From: Candidatus Sungiibacteriota bacterium
Lineage (GTDB): Bacteria; Patescibacteriota; Minisyncoccia; Sungbacterales; HO2-52-23
DNA: 50,472 nt
NCBI GenBank assembly: GCA_016186095.1
Contig: JACPMG010000019.1
Location: forward strand, 1 to 50,472
Direction of reading: 5' to 3'
Of the stretch, positions 36,918 through 46,004 are shown one piece after another. A model generated the notes under the pieces. The model was not told the origin of the DNA and did no database searches. It worked only from the letters and a program-made list of their open reading frames with translations. The stretch's first letter is position 1, and each line of letters begins with the position of its first letter. The translations under genes and the position numbers were made by a program.

Positions 36918-38211
36918 CTCTTTTTATATCCGCTCCCAATTCCCTCAATCTCTCATCAATCTTCTCATACCCTCTATCCACATGCTCCACTCCGGAAATC
37001 ACCGACTCTCCCTCTGCTACGAGCGCGGCGATCATATGCGCCATGCCTGCTCGTATGTCGGTCATAACAATTTCTGTTCCTTGAAGCTTTGCGGGACCGG
37101 CGATCACTGCGGTATGGCCTGAGCCCTGCCCGTGGAAACGGCACACAAATCCGCTGGGACAATCCGTCAAAACACTGATTTTAGCACCCATGCGGTTTAA
37201 GTCCCTGGTATAGCCGAAGCGATCCTCATAAATGGTCTCATGTATTATTGATTCACCACGGCCTCTGGTCAAGAGAACGGAAAATGGCTGCTGCCAATCG
37301 GTCATAAAGCCGGGGTGTGGAGACGTTTCTAAATTTAGAGCACGATACGACCCACTTCCTGAAAACCTTATACCATCGGCTTGAACCTCGTATAATCCGC
37401 CCGCCTCCTTTATTTTTTCTAAAAAAGAAATAAGATCCTGCTCCCGCGCCCCGTGGACAAAAACATCCCCGCCAGTTGCGAGAGCCGCGACGGCAAACGA
37501 TACCGCCTCATTGCGGTCCGGCATAACGCGCGCTTCAACGCCGTGAAGCTTTTCCACGCCATTGATTTCAATCAGACGTCGCTTCTCATCATGCTCTATG
37601 TCGGCACCCATCGACTTCAACATGCCGGCAAGACCAAAGATCTCAGGTTCAATCGCGGCATTGCGTATTACGGTTTTACCATGCGCAAGAACCGCAGCCA
37701 ACATCACATTCTCCGTAGCCCCTACCGACGGAAAAGGGAAATCAATATCCGCGCCGTGAATTTCTTTTGCCTGGACAAAATAAGACTCGGGCCGCCTCTC
37801 AACTTGGGCCCCCATTGATTTTAAGGCCTCCACATGAAAATTAATCGGCCGGTGGCCTATGGGACAACCTCCGGGAACAGGAACTTCGGCATACCCTTGA
37901 CGATGCAGAAGCGGCCCTAGGGCTAAAATGGGTATCCTGTTTTTGCGCGTAAGTTCCGTGAGACGCGTATTTCTAATGCTTGGCGTCACCAGTCTGCAGA
38001 TGCGCTCCTTGCCAACCGCGACCCTGCTCCCAATATGTTCACACAATTCCCGGGTAATATCGGTCTCCGCGGACAATGGGATATTCTCAATAACACACGG
38101 CTCATCGGTAAGCAAAGACGCGATCATCATCTTGGATGCCATATTTTTGGAGCCGCGTACCTCTGCCTCTCCTTTTAGCGGGCGTCCGCCCCTTATGCGA
38201 AGCTTTTCCAT
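36913..38211 (-). CDS. murA: UDP-N-acetylglucosamine 1-carboxyvinyltransferase
   Basis: GSKN, PGGCPIGHRP, SVGATEN, HPGFMTD.Q, DIRAG, DRGYE. Confidence 0.96.
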   Translation of the reverse strand: MEKLRIRGGRPLKGEAEVRGSKNMASKMMIASLLTDEPCVIENIPLSAETDITRELCEHIGSRVAVGKERICRLVTPSIRNTRLTELTRKNRIPILALGPLLHRQGYAEVPVPGGCPIGHRPINFHVEALKSMGAQVERRPESYFVQAKEIHGADIDFPFPSVGATENVMLAAVLAHGKTVIRNAAIEPEIFGLAGMLKSMGADIEHDEKRRLIEINGVEKLHGVEARVMPDRNEAVSFAVAALATGGDVFVHGAREQDLISFLEKIKEAGGLYEVQADGIRFSGSGSYRALNLETSPHPGFMTDWQQPFSVLLTRGRGESIIHETIYEDRFGYTRDLNRMGAKISVLTDCPSGFVCRFHGQGSGHTAVIAGPAKLQGTEIVMTDIRAGMAHMIAALVAEGESVISGVEHVDRGYEKIDERLRELGADIKRV

Positions 38212-38277
38212 GCGATCAATAGTACCTAAATACTCGTACTTTTCAAGACGGAAAATTTCTGATACTATTGGACATTG

Positions 38278-39369
38278 ATGACCAAATATAAACGCCGAAA
38301 AATTTTCTACCTTCTTGTGGCTGCTTTTCTTCTGGTATCGCCCCTACTTGTCGGCTATTCTTTAGGCTACACATTGGATTTCGTCCAGGGGGATATTAAA
38401 AAAACAGGCGGTATTTTTATTAAATCAAAAACTCCGCGCCTCTCGATTTTTTTGAACGGGGAGTTTGCCCGAGAAACCTCGTTGATCTCCGGCGGCGCTC
38501 TACTTACCGACGTCGCGCCCGCAACGTATCTTTTGCGCATAGAGAAGACGGATCATAACCCATGGTCCAAAACCGTTTCCGTGGTACCGGAGATAGTTAC
38601 GGAACTGCGAGATATCCTGCTTGTGCCCAGGGACATTAAGCCGGCGACCACCACACCCAAAGCGCTAGCGCCCATGCTTGCGACCACCACTTCCATAGCT
38701 TCCGAATTTAAAATTGATAAAAAAGATAATTTAACCCGCAAGGTAGGCAAAAATACTAAAGTGGTTTCGGCGGGAGTTAATTCTTTCGCGGCGCTGAATA
38801 GCGCGCTTTTCTTCGTTGACAAAAACGGGTTTCTGGCTAAATTCTCGCCCGATGAGGAGACCCTGGAGACCATTGGCAGGCCGGGATTTTATCTGACCGA
38901 CGCACCTTTGCGTTTTTTCCAGTCCCCGTCAGGAGACATCGTGATTCTTGACTCCGGCGGAGGGGTTTTTCTGCTGGATACGGAAGGCAAAATAACTACG
39001 GCCGGAGGCGACGCAACAAATATCTACTTTGATAGCGACGGGGACAAGATGCTTATACAGAAAAGGCAAAGTATTGAGGTACGGCGGTTCGCTGACAATA
39101 CCTATCAACCTTTTCAGAAAAGAGGCGCGGAGGAAACCATACTACGTCTTGACTCTCCTATTCGTGATGCGCGCTGGTTTTACCAAGATGACGCGCATAT
39201 TGTCATCCGCACCGATGACGGAATTTTTCTTACCGAACTTGACGGCCGCGGCGGCAGAAATACGGCAGAGCTGGTTTCCGGAAAAACTGACGAACTCCTC
39301 ACCGGGCCGGAGATCCCTGACACAATTTTTTTCCGCAAAGGAAAAACATGGTCTAAAATTGAATTATGA
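38278..39369 (+). CDS. Membrane-anchored PEGA-domain protein
   Basis: TM then YSLGY...KTGGIFIKS.....IFLNG..Y.LRIEK....W.K.V.V pattern and beta-rich C-terminus. Confidence 0.8.
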   Translation: MTKYKRRKIFYLLVAAFLLVSPLLVGYSLGYTLDFVQGDIKKTGGIFIKSKTPRLSIFLNGEFARETSLISGGALLTDVAPATYLLRIEKTDHNPWSKTVSVVPEIVTELRDILLVPRDIKPATTTPKALAPMLATTTSIASEFKIDKKDNLTRKVGKNTKVVSAGVNSFAALNSALFFVDKNGFLAKFSPDEETLETIGRPGFYLTDAPLRFFQSPSGDIVILDSGGGVFLLDTEGKITTAGGDATNIYFDSDGDKMLIQKRQSIEVRRFADNTYQPFQKRGAEETILRLDSPIRDARWFYQDDAHIVIRTDDGIFLTELDGRGGRNTAELVSGKTDELLTGPEIPDTIFFRKGKTWSKIEL

Positions 39370-41168
39370 TGACTAACGTTGCCCAAAGAAAAAAACCGGA
39401 TGTAAACCGCCAGAACATAACGGCCATCACGAAAGTCTATTGGAGTCACGTCAGGCGCTATCCGAAACTGACTTCGGTCGTATTTTTATTTACGGTCGCT
39501 GTACACATAGTTAGTGTTATAACACCCTTGTATTTCAAAAAGCTTTTTGATGCCATCACGTTTCCCGGAGCAAACGTTAGCGAAACCTATCCCCTTCTTA
39601 TTAACATCTTCGCTATCATCGCTCTTCTATACTCCCTGGCCTGGATCTTCCGCAGAATATCCGAGTTTGCCTTCCTCCATTTTGATGCTTTTATATTATC
39701 CGATCTATTGAATACCGCTTTTGAAAATTTACTCGGTCATTCTTATAAATTTTTTACCGACAATTTTACCGGATCGCTGGTTAGACGGGTGAACCGATTA
39801 AGCAAATCGTTTGAGGACATCGCCGATAGAATACAGGGCCAGTTGTTGCCCTTGGTTATCGTCACCACGGGTATCCTTATAGTACTTTTCAACAGGAATA
39901 CTTTATTGGGCATAATTCTTTTATCCTGGATTGTGCTTTTCGTTTTCGTATTCTATCGGGTAGCTTTATGGAAAACCAAATACGACCGCGCCAAGGCCGA
40001 AAAAGACTCGGAGGCAACCGGCGTCATATCGGACGCGCTTGCCAACGCCGTAACCATAAAGCTTTTCTCCAGACACGCGTATGAACAATCTCTTTATCAA
40101 AAAATCACCGACGCCTTGCGAGAAGCGCGGCTTATTTCCTGGAAGATAGGGGCGAGCATAGACGCCGTTCAGGGTATTTTTATGTTGCTGGCAGAATTGG
40201 CGCTATTATATATCGCCCTTAGACTGTGGAAACAAGGCGTCCTTACCGTCGGGGATTTGGTGCTTTTGCAGTTGTACGTGATCAACTTATTTGACCGCAT
40301 GTGGGAATTTGGGCGGGTGATCCGCCGTATGTATGAAAGTTGCGCCGATGCGGCGGAAATGGTGGAGATAATGAATACGCCCTATGAAATAAAAGATGCG
40401 CCTGCGGCAAAGCCCATTAAAGTAGAGCTAGGGAGTATTGAATTTCGCGATATAGAGTTTCGCTTCCACGGCACGAGAAAAGTTCTTGACAAATTCAACC
40501 TAAAAATACCGGCTGGAGAAAAAGTTGCTTTGGTGGGACCGTCGGGCGCGGGCAAAACAACCGTGGTAACTCTGTTACTGCGTTTTCACGAAGTTTATGA
40601 CGGGCAAATACTTATTGACGGGCAAAATATAGCCCGCGTGACGCAGGAGAGTCTGCGTAAGAATGTTTCTTTGGTGCCGCAGGAGCCGATTCTTTTCCAC
40701 CGCACGCTTAAAGAAAATATCCGCTATGGTAAACTCGACGCTACCGACGAGGAGGTGATGGAGGCGGCCAAACAAGCGCATTGTCACGAATTTATTATGC
40801 AGCTGCCCTACGGTTACGAGACCTACGTGGGAGAGCGCGGGATAAAACTCTCCGGCGGAGAACGCCAGCGCGTGGCCATTGCGCGGGCCATTTTGAAAAA
40901 CGCGCCCATACTGATACTTGATGAGGCGACTTCAAGTCTTGATTCCGAGTCCGAGGCGCTGATTCAGGAGGCCTTGAAAAATCTTATGCGCGGGAAAACT
41001 ACTCTAGTGATAGCGCACCGCCTCTCCACGATCATGCAGATGGATCGCATCATTGTGATCCAAAATGGCCGCATAACCGAAACCGGCACGCATCAAGAAC
41101 TCCTTCAGAAGCACGGAACTTACCAAAAACTCTGGAAGATACAGGCCGGAGGATTTGCCGCGACATAA
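39366..41168 (+). CDS. ABC transporter, fused permease/ATPase (exporter)
   Basis: TM domain, GPSGAGKT, LSGGERQR, ILDEATS, IAHRLST. Confidence 0.95.
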   Translation: MMTNVAQRKKPDVNRQNITAITKVYWSHVRRYPKLTSVVFLFTVAVHIVSVITPLYFKKLFDAITFPGANVSETYPLLINIFAIIALLYSLAWIFRRISEFAFLHFDAFILSDLLNTAFENLLGHSYKFFTDNFTGSLVRRVNRLSKSFEDIADRIQGQLLPLVIVTTGILIVLFNRNTLLGIILLSWIVLFVFVFYRVALWKTKYDRAKAEKDSEATGVISDALANAVTIKLFSRHAYEQSLYQKITDALREARLISWKIGASIDAVQGIFMLLAELALLYIALRLWKQGVLTVGDLVLLQLYVINLFDRMWEFGRVIRRMYESCADAAEMVEIMNTPYEIKDAPAAKPIKVELGSIEFRDIEFRFHGTRKVLDKFNLKIPAGEKVALVGPSGAGKTTVVTLLLRFHEVYDGQILIDGQNIARVTQESLRKNVSLVPQEPILFHRTLKENIRYGKLDATDEEVMEAAKQAHCHEFIMQLPYGYETYVGERGIKLSGGERQRVAIARAILKNAPILILDEATSSLDSESEALIQEALKNLMRGKTTLVIAHRLSTIMQMDRIIVIQNGRITETGTHQELLQKHGTYQKLWKIQAGGFAAT

Positions 41169-41205
41169 ATAAAATAACGGGGTTTGAGCCCCGCTATTTT
41201 ATTTA
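41166..41205. terminator. Bidirectional terminator between convergent ABC and rpsI genes
   Basis: TAAATAAAATA-A-CGGGG-TTTGAG-CCCCG-C-TATTTTATTTA. Confidence 0.7.
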
Positions 41206-41212
41206 CTTACAT

Positions 41213-41776
41213 TTAACGCTTCGCCCATTGCGGAGCCTTGCGCGCTTTTTTAAGACCGAACTTCTTGCGCTCTTTCATGCGAGGGTCGCGGCGCATGAAT
41301 CCGGCCCGCTTAAGGCGCTTGCGAAAATCGGCGTTGAATTTAACCAGGCATCTAGCCAGGCCGTGCCTAACCGCTTCGGCCTGGCTGTGGATTCCACCAC
41401 CGGAGACTTTCACTGATACGCGGAAACGGCCAAAAAGCTTCATTTTCTGCAAAGCATCCTCGGCTATTTTCTGAAGATCAAGAGTCGGGAAATATGTGCC
41501 GTAGGGTTTATTATTGACCATAAAATCGCCCGCCTTGGTAAAAAGACGTACGCGGGCCACAGAAGTTTTTCTCCTACCGACCGCCTCAAAATAGCGATCC
41601 GGTTTCAGAGATTTGTCCTCCTCAACATTCACAGGCAAACTCTCAGCCTCGACAGGCTCTATGATTTTCTTTGCTCTGGGCTTTTTTACCTCCTCTCCTG
41701 CCGCAGCTACTTTTACTTTTTTCTTTACCCCGCTCTTTTTCAAAAGGGCGGGGTTTACGACTTCTTTCTTGGCCAT
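41213..41776 (-). CDS. rpsI: 30S ribosomal protein S9 with N-terminal extension
   Basis: GRRKTSVARV, GGG..SQAEA.RHG, ERKKFGLKKARKAPQWAKR. Confidence 0.97.
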   Translation of the reverse strand: MAKKEVVNPALLKKSGVKKKVKVAAAGEEVKKPRAKKIIEPVEAESLPVNVEEDKSLKPDRYFEAVGRRKTSVARVRLFTKAGDFMVNNKPYGTYFPTLDLQKIAEDALQKMKLFGRFRVSVKVSGGGIHSQAEAVRHGLARCLVKFNADFRKRLKRAGFMRRDPRMKERKKFGLKKARKAPQWAKR

Positions 41777-41777
41777 A

Positions 41778-42128
41778 TTACCTTTCAGCTCTCAAAAGAA
41801 TAAGATTTTTTATATAACGCGCGCGGAGCTTGTTCTTCGGCAACATGCCCATAACCGCTTTACGCAAAACCTCGCACGAATCGCGCGCGAGGAGTTCCCG
41901 CAGTTTTTCTTCTCTAAGTCCTCCGTGGAATCCGGAGTGGCGCCGATAAAGTTTTTGCGTAAGCTTCTTTCCGCTTACCCGTATTTTATCCGTATTAGAA
42001 ATGATCACCCGGTTCGCGGTGAATTTTGCAGGATCAAAACCGGGATTGTTTTTCCCGCGCAAAAGTATTGACACTTCAGTGGCAAGCCGTCCTAGAATTT
42101 TATCGGTTGCATCAATTTTATATTCCAC
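41778..42128 (-). CDS. rplM: 50S ribosomal protein L13 (short form)
   Basis: IDA..KILGRLA, YRRHSG..GG, AVMGMLPKNKL; GTG start. Confidence 0.96.
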   Translation of the reverse strand: MEYKIDATDKILGRLATEVSILLRGKNNPGFDPAKFTANRVIISNTDKIRVSGKKLTQKLYRRHSGFHGGLREEKLRELLARDSCEVLRKAVMGMLPKNKLRARYIKNLILLRAER

Positions 42129-42129
42129 G

Positions 42130-42190
42130 AGCTTTTAGCTTTTAGCTTTTAGCTTTTAGGTCCGCTCCTAGAAGCTATAAGCTGGAAGCT
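42130..42190. repeat. Heptamer palindromic array (AGCTTTT)x4 plus inverted units, filling the rplQ-rplM spacer
   Basis: agctttt x4 ... agaagct ataagct ggaagct. Confidence 0.8.
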
Positions 42191-42536
42191 ATTTAACCAA
42201 TTCAATTATGGCCATTTTCGCTCCATCACTAATCCTTACGCCCAATTTTACAATCCTCGTATATCCGCCGGCTCGTCCGGAAAACGTCCGCCCAAGCTCC
42301 ATGATTTTTTTTACCACAGCGGGCGCAAAAAGTTTTCGAAACAATCTCCCGTTGGCAGGCGCGGGGTTCTTGGCCCGCGTAATAAACTTTTCCACGAATG
42401 GGCGCAATTCCTTGGCCTTAGCCTCCGTGGTCTTAATCCGCCCCAGCATAAAAAATGAAGAGGCCAGACTCTTCATAAGCGCGCGCCTTTGATTTCTCTC
42501 TCTTCCAAATTTTCTACCTTTCTTAAGGTGTCGCAT
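42189..42536 (-). CDS. rplQ: 50S ribosomal protein L17
   Basis: MRHLKKGRKFGR, IKTTEAKAKE, R.GGYTRI; true start at 42536. Confidence 0.97.
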   Translation of the reverse strand: MRHLKKGRKFGRERNQRRALMKSLASSFFMLGRIKTTEAKAKELRPFVEKFITRAKNPAPANGRLFRKLFAPAVVKKIMELGRTFSGRAGGYTRIVKLGVRISDGAKMAIIELVK

Positions 42537-42575
42537 ATTTATCTCCCACACTTCTAGCTTGGGAAGTTTTTTAAT

Positions 42576-42729
42576 GAGGCGGGTGGCGGCTATTTCGTCT
42601 GCAAACAATGGAGGATGAGATTTGCTAGGTTCTGCGCAAGCGCAGAAAATCTCATCCGACTATTAGCGAGGTTTACCGCTGGAGTAAACCAAGCGTGTTT
42701 GCAAACGAAATAGCCGCTGTAACCCGCTC
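42576..42729 (+). repeat. Structured element, copy C
   Basis: GCGGCTATTTCGT.TGCAAACA/TGTTTGCA.ACGAAATAGCCGC stem with conserved loops; abuts the rpoA stop. Confidence 0.9.
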
Positions 42730-43691
42730 TATTGTTTCAAAGTAATCCCAAAATTTCCCAACGCTTTTTTCACTTCCTGAATCCCTTTATCCCCCATCCC
42801 TTCAATACCGCGCAAGGTTGACTCTTTTTTACGAGAAAGTCCGCCCACGGTCTTGATACCCGCCTCTCGCAGCGCATTCAAAGTACGGCTGGAAAACTTA
42901 AGCTCATCAAGCTTAACCTTAAACGCCGACTCGTCAAGAATACCTTCTTTGTTTTCGTCCGCCGCCTTTTCTGTAATCCCCGCCGTATCGCGGAGTTTTA
43001 CCGCTGCTTCTGCAAACCCTTCGCCCAAAGCGCCAAATTGCTCGACAAGAATCTGCGCCGCTTTGGTAAATGCTTCACGCGGAGCGAGCGACCCATCCGT
43101 CTCGATGTCAAAACGTACAAGATTGTAATCTATCCTATCCCCCACGCGCATATTTTCCACCGCATAATTCACATGCCGCACCGGGGAAAACGCGGCGTCC
43201 AAGGCAATAGTCCCCACTTCTACTTTTTCTTTGGTACGGGCCTCGGCCGGAACGTAGCCGAATCCGGACTCCACAATCGCCTCCGCCTCAAACTTCGCTT
43301 TCTTTGAGGTAAGCGTTGCTATGTGAATATTAGGAGTCACCAACTCGACTTGAGATGGAATTTTAAAATCTTTGCCCTTTACTTCTTTCTCGCCGCTTGC
43401 CGAAATCGTTATGGTGAAAGGACCTTCCTCGTACAGGCGGAAACGCATCTGCTTTAAATTTAAAATCAAATCCACCATATCCTCCTTAATTCCCTCCATT
43501 GTTGAAAATTCGTGCCCCACGCCGACGATTTTTACCGCCGTCAAAGCAGCGCCCTTTATGGAGGAAAGGAGAACCCGGCGAAGACTATTGCCGATGGTCT
43601 GGCCGTAACCCGGATACAATCCTTCAATTTCAAAAACCGCGCGATTTCCTTCTTCAGATACTACCTTTGGCTTAGATGGAAGTGAGATCAT
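42729..43691 (-). CDS. rpoA: RNA polymerase alpha subunit
   Basis: GYGQTIGNSLRRVLLSS, HEFST, DAAFSPV, alpha-CTD (FSSRTLNAL); start at MISLP. Confidence 0.97.
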   Translation of the reverse strand: MISLPSKPKVVSEEGNRAVFEIEGLYPGYGQTIGNSLRRVLLSSIKGAALTAVKIVGVGHEFSTMEGIKEDMVDLILNLKQMRFRLYEEGPFTITISASGEKEVKGKDFKIPSQVELVTPNIHIATLTSKKAKFEAEAIVESGFGYVPAEARTKEKVEVGTIALDAAFSPVRHVNYAVENMRVGDRIDYNLVRFDIETDGSLAPREAFTKAAQILVEQFGALGEGFAEAAVKLRDTAGITEKAADENKEGILDESAFKVKLDELKFSSRTLNALREAGIKTVGGLSRKKESTLRGIEGMGDKGIQEVKKALGNFGITLKQ

Positions 43692-43704
43692 ACCACGCAA
43701 GACA

Positions 43705-43767
43705 TAAAATATAAGTTTTAAGATATAAGTTCAAACTGACAACTTATAACTTAAACCTTATACCTAT
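43705..43767. repeat. Heptamer palindromic array (TATAAGT-type) in the rpsD-rpoA spacer
   Basis: ataaaat ataagtt ttaagat ataagtt ... aacttat aacttaa accttat acctat. Confidence 0.6.
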
Positions 43768-43768
43768 T

Positions 43769-44389
43769 TTATCTTGAATAAAACTCTTTTATCTTTGTCA
43801 CATCGGCCGTAAGTTCGACCCCTTCCGGAAGGGGGTTGGAAACGACTGTGCCTTCCTTGCGTGAACTGTCAAGCGCAAGCCAGGCAGGTGCTTGATATTT
43901 TTTAAGCCGCTGCTCAAGTTCGCCCAAAAATCCTTTTCGGAGCGATCTTTCTTTAAACGCTATTATCTCTCCTTTTCTCACACGATAAGAAGGAATAGTA
44001 ACCGTCTTTCCGTTCACTGTTATATGACCGTAGCTCACGAGGTGTCTTGCCGATCTTCGCGATTCAGCAAACCCCAAACGAAACACTGCATTATCCAGCC
44101 GGCGCTCTAAAAACTCCAGGAAATAGGAACTAAAAACGCCCGGACGTCTGGCGGCCTCTTCAGTATAGCGCTTTACGTCTTTATCGTCAAGGCCGTATAA
44201 AAATCTGACTTTCTGCTTCTCCCGTAGAAGTCCCGCAAATTCGGAGGCTCCGCGTCTTCTTGCCTTGCCATGGACTCCGGGAGGAAAACCGCGGCGTATC
44301 AAGGCGCATTTGGGACCAGAACAACGCTCCGCTTTTAGGCCGAGTTTTTCTCCGAGACGCCGTTCTACTTTTTCTAATATTTTAGGCAT
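43769..44389 (-). CDS. rpsD: 30S ribosomal protein S4
   Basis: PPGVHG, LREKQK, LERRLDN.VFRLG, VSYGHI.VNG, EFYSR. Confidence 0.97.
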   Translation of the reverse strand: MPKILEKVERRLGEKLGLKAERCSGPKCALIRRGFPPGVHGKARRRGASEFAGLLREKQKVRFLYGLDDKDVKRYTEEAARRPGVFSSYFLEFLERRLDNAVFRLGFAESRRSARHLVSYGHITVNGKTVTIPSYRVRKGEIIAFKERSLRKGFLGELEQRLKKYQAPAWLALDSSRKEGTVVSNPLPEGVELTADVTKIKEFYSR

Positions 44390-44406
44390 AAGATAATGCA
44401 ACGTCA

Positions 44407-44847
44407 TCAGACGCGCCTCACTTTCTTCGGCCGCGGACCATTATGCGGCAGAGGAGTTATATCTTTTATGGAAGTCGTGTTGAGTCCCTGGTTGGCAAGA
44501 GCGCGAATCGCCGAATCCCTTCCCGAGCCAACCCCACTTACTAAAACAGAGACCTCTTCAAGCCCGTATTTTCTGGCTTTTTCCACAACTGTTTCAGCAA
44601 CACGGGCAGCGGCAAAAGGCGTTGCTTTCTTGGCTCCCGAAAACCCAAGCGAGCCGGCCGATGACCAAGCCACTGCATCGCCCTTCTCATCGCTAATAGT
44701 GATAATCGTATTATTATACGTCGCCTGAATATGGGCTATACCGCGCGCAATACGTTTACGTGCCTTAACTTGACGCGGCTTTACCGCGATACCTTCTTTG
44801 GCCTCACCAGCCACTTCACTTTTTTGTATGACGCGTTTTTTACCCAT
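44407..44847 (-). CDS. rpsK: 30S ribosomal protein S11
   Basis: [27 protein letters not shown]. Confidence 0.98.
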   Translation of the reverse strand: MGKKRVIQKSEVAGEAKEGIAVKPRQVKARKRIARGIAHIQATYNNTIITISDEKGDAVAWSSAGSLGFSGAKKATPFAAARVAETVVEKARKYGLEEVSVLVSGVGSGRDSAIRALANQGLNTTSIKDITPLPHNGPRPKKVRRV

Positions 44848-44854
44848 GATTTTT

Positions 44855-44918
44855 ACTACGAATTACGAATTGTACGAAAGTACGAATTCGTATATTCGTA
44901 AGATTCGTTATTCGTAGT
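44855..44918. repeat. Palindromic TACGAA/TTCGTA array in the rpsM-rpsK spacer
   Basis: Four TACGAA units followed by four inverted ATTCGT units. Confidence 0.8.
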
Positions 44919-45305
44919 CTACGTAGGGCTTGCCGCCGGTTTTCTCCCCGACCCCATGGTCTTTCTCACATTTCCCCTGCGCGTACGCGAATTGGTTTTA
45001 GTCCTTTGCCCCCGTACCGGAAGCCCGCGGATATGCCTTGACCCGCGATAAGTTGAAAGTTCACGCAGACGCTTAATATTCGTCATGATCTCACGGCGCA
45101 AATCCCCTTCTATTTTATGACTCTTTTCAATAATCTCACGAAGGCGATTAACCTCCTGAGCGGTCAGGTCTTTGGCGCGTTTTCCGGAATCGACTTGGGC
45201 CTGTTTTACAATTTTTCTCGAAGATGACAATCCGATCCCGTAAATATACGGAAGCGCATACTCAATTTTTTTGTTATCGGGAATGTTTATACCTGCGATA
45301 CGCAT
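44919..45305 (-). CDS. rpsM: 30S ribosomal protein S13
   Basis: [29 protein letters not shown]. Confidence 0.98.
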   Translation of the reverse strand: MRIAGINIPDNKKIEYALPYIYGIGLSSSRKIVKQAQVDSGKRAKDLTAQEVNRLREIIEKSHKIEGDLRREIMTNIKRLRELSTYRGSRHIRGLPVRGQRTKTNSRTRRGNVRKTMGSGRKPAASPT

Positions 45306-45327
45306 ACTTTTATTTTCCTTTTCCTAT

Positions 45328-45500
45328 ATTGCAAGCCGTTAGGTCGAACCGATATGTTTTCGAGACAATGGAGGATGCGGTTAGCATGGTTCCCGCTATA
45401 AGCGGGATAACCGCATCCGACTATTAGCGAAGTTTTGTCGCTGGACAAAACAAGCGTGTCGAGAAAACATATCGGCGAGGACACCTTAACGGCGAGCAAT
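45328..45500 (+). repeat. Structured element, copy D
   Basis: GCCGTTA/TAACGGC, CCGATATGTTTT/AAAACATATCGG, GGATGCGGTTA/TAACCGCATCC stems with conserved loops; abuts the rpmJ stop. Confidence 0.9.
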
Positions 45501-45613
45501 TACCCCTGCCTTTGTTTATGCTTCGGATTCGTACAAATAATAAATAATCGGCGTTTGCGCCGGACCAATTTACACTTTGCGCACATAGGTTTTACGGATG
45601 CTCGTACCTTCAT
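45500..45613 (-). CDS. rpmJ: 50S ribosomal protein L36 (not in the ORF track, 37 aa)
   Basis: Translates [37 protein letters not shown]. Confidence 0.98.
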   Translation of the reverse strand: MKVRASVKPMCAKCKLVRRKRRLFIICTNPKHKQRQG

Positions 45614-45634
45614 CGTCGCTTTGCTCCTCATATG

Positions 45635-45737
45635 ATGCAAATCTACAAATTTTATGCCAATCTACCAATCACTAATAACTGGCATAAACCGATTCGCGAT
45701 TAGCAAAATTGGCATTAAATTCGCATCGGATTGGCAT
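45635..45737. repeat. Degenerate palindromic array (ATGCNAAT/ATTNGCAT units) in the infA-rpmJ spacer
   Basis: atgcaaat ctacaaat...atgccaat ctaccaat ... attggcat...attcgcat...attggcat. Confidence 0.6.
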
Positions 45738-45952
45738 CATTTAAGTCGATGCACTATCCTTCCTTTGGTCTCATCATACGGCGTCATCTCCACGCGCACT
45801 CGATCTCCGGGAAGCACCTTAATATGATGCAGGCGCATTTTCCCGGAAAGATGGGCAAGAATCTCTCTCCCATCGTCCAGCTTGGCCTTAAAAAGGGTGC
45901 CCGGAAGATTTTCGAGCACGATCCCCTCCTGGAATATGTTATTTTTCTTCAT
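45737..45952 (-). CDS. infA: Translation initiation factor IF-1
   Basis: ENLP...F...L, AHLSGKMR, PGDRVRVEMTPYD..KGRI. Confidence 0.97.
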   Translation of the reverse strand: MKKNNIFQEGIVLENLPGTLFKAKLDDGREILAHLSGKMRLHHIKVLPGDRVRVEMTPYDETKGRIVHRLK

Positions 45953-46004
45953 ATAAATCGCCTGAAAGACAGTTTACTATATCCGTATTTAAGAGTCAAT
46001 AGGG

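Noticed and set aside
41213-42128. Extended S9 and shortened L13
   Set aside because: Length variation of these proteins is ordinary in this lineage; core motifs are intact
42537-42608. N-terminal extensions in ORF-track calls (rplQ MFADE..., also trxB, mreB-2, rpoA, rpsD, metK and the two MCGM starts)
   Set aside because: They arise from upstream repeat or intergenic DNA; conserved protein starts lie downstream
45328-45500. Copy D as an S4/alpha-operon ribosomal leader, and copy C as an L17 leader
   Set aside because: The same element occurs after murA and rseP and in both orientations, so it is not a ribosomal-protein-specific leader
30509-45500. Structured elements as tRNA, hammerhead ribozyme, integron attC or CRISPR repeats
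   Set aside because: No T-loop/cloverleaf, no CTGANGA/GAAA core, no RYYYAAC/GTTRRRY ends or cassette array, and copies are dispersed rather than regularly spaced
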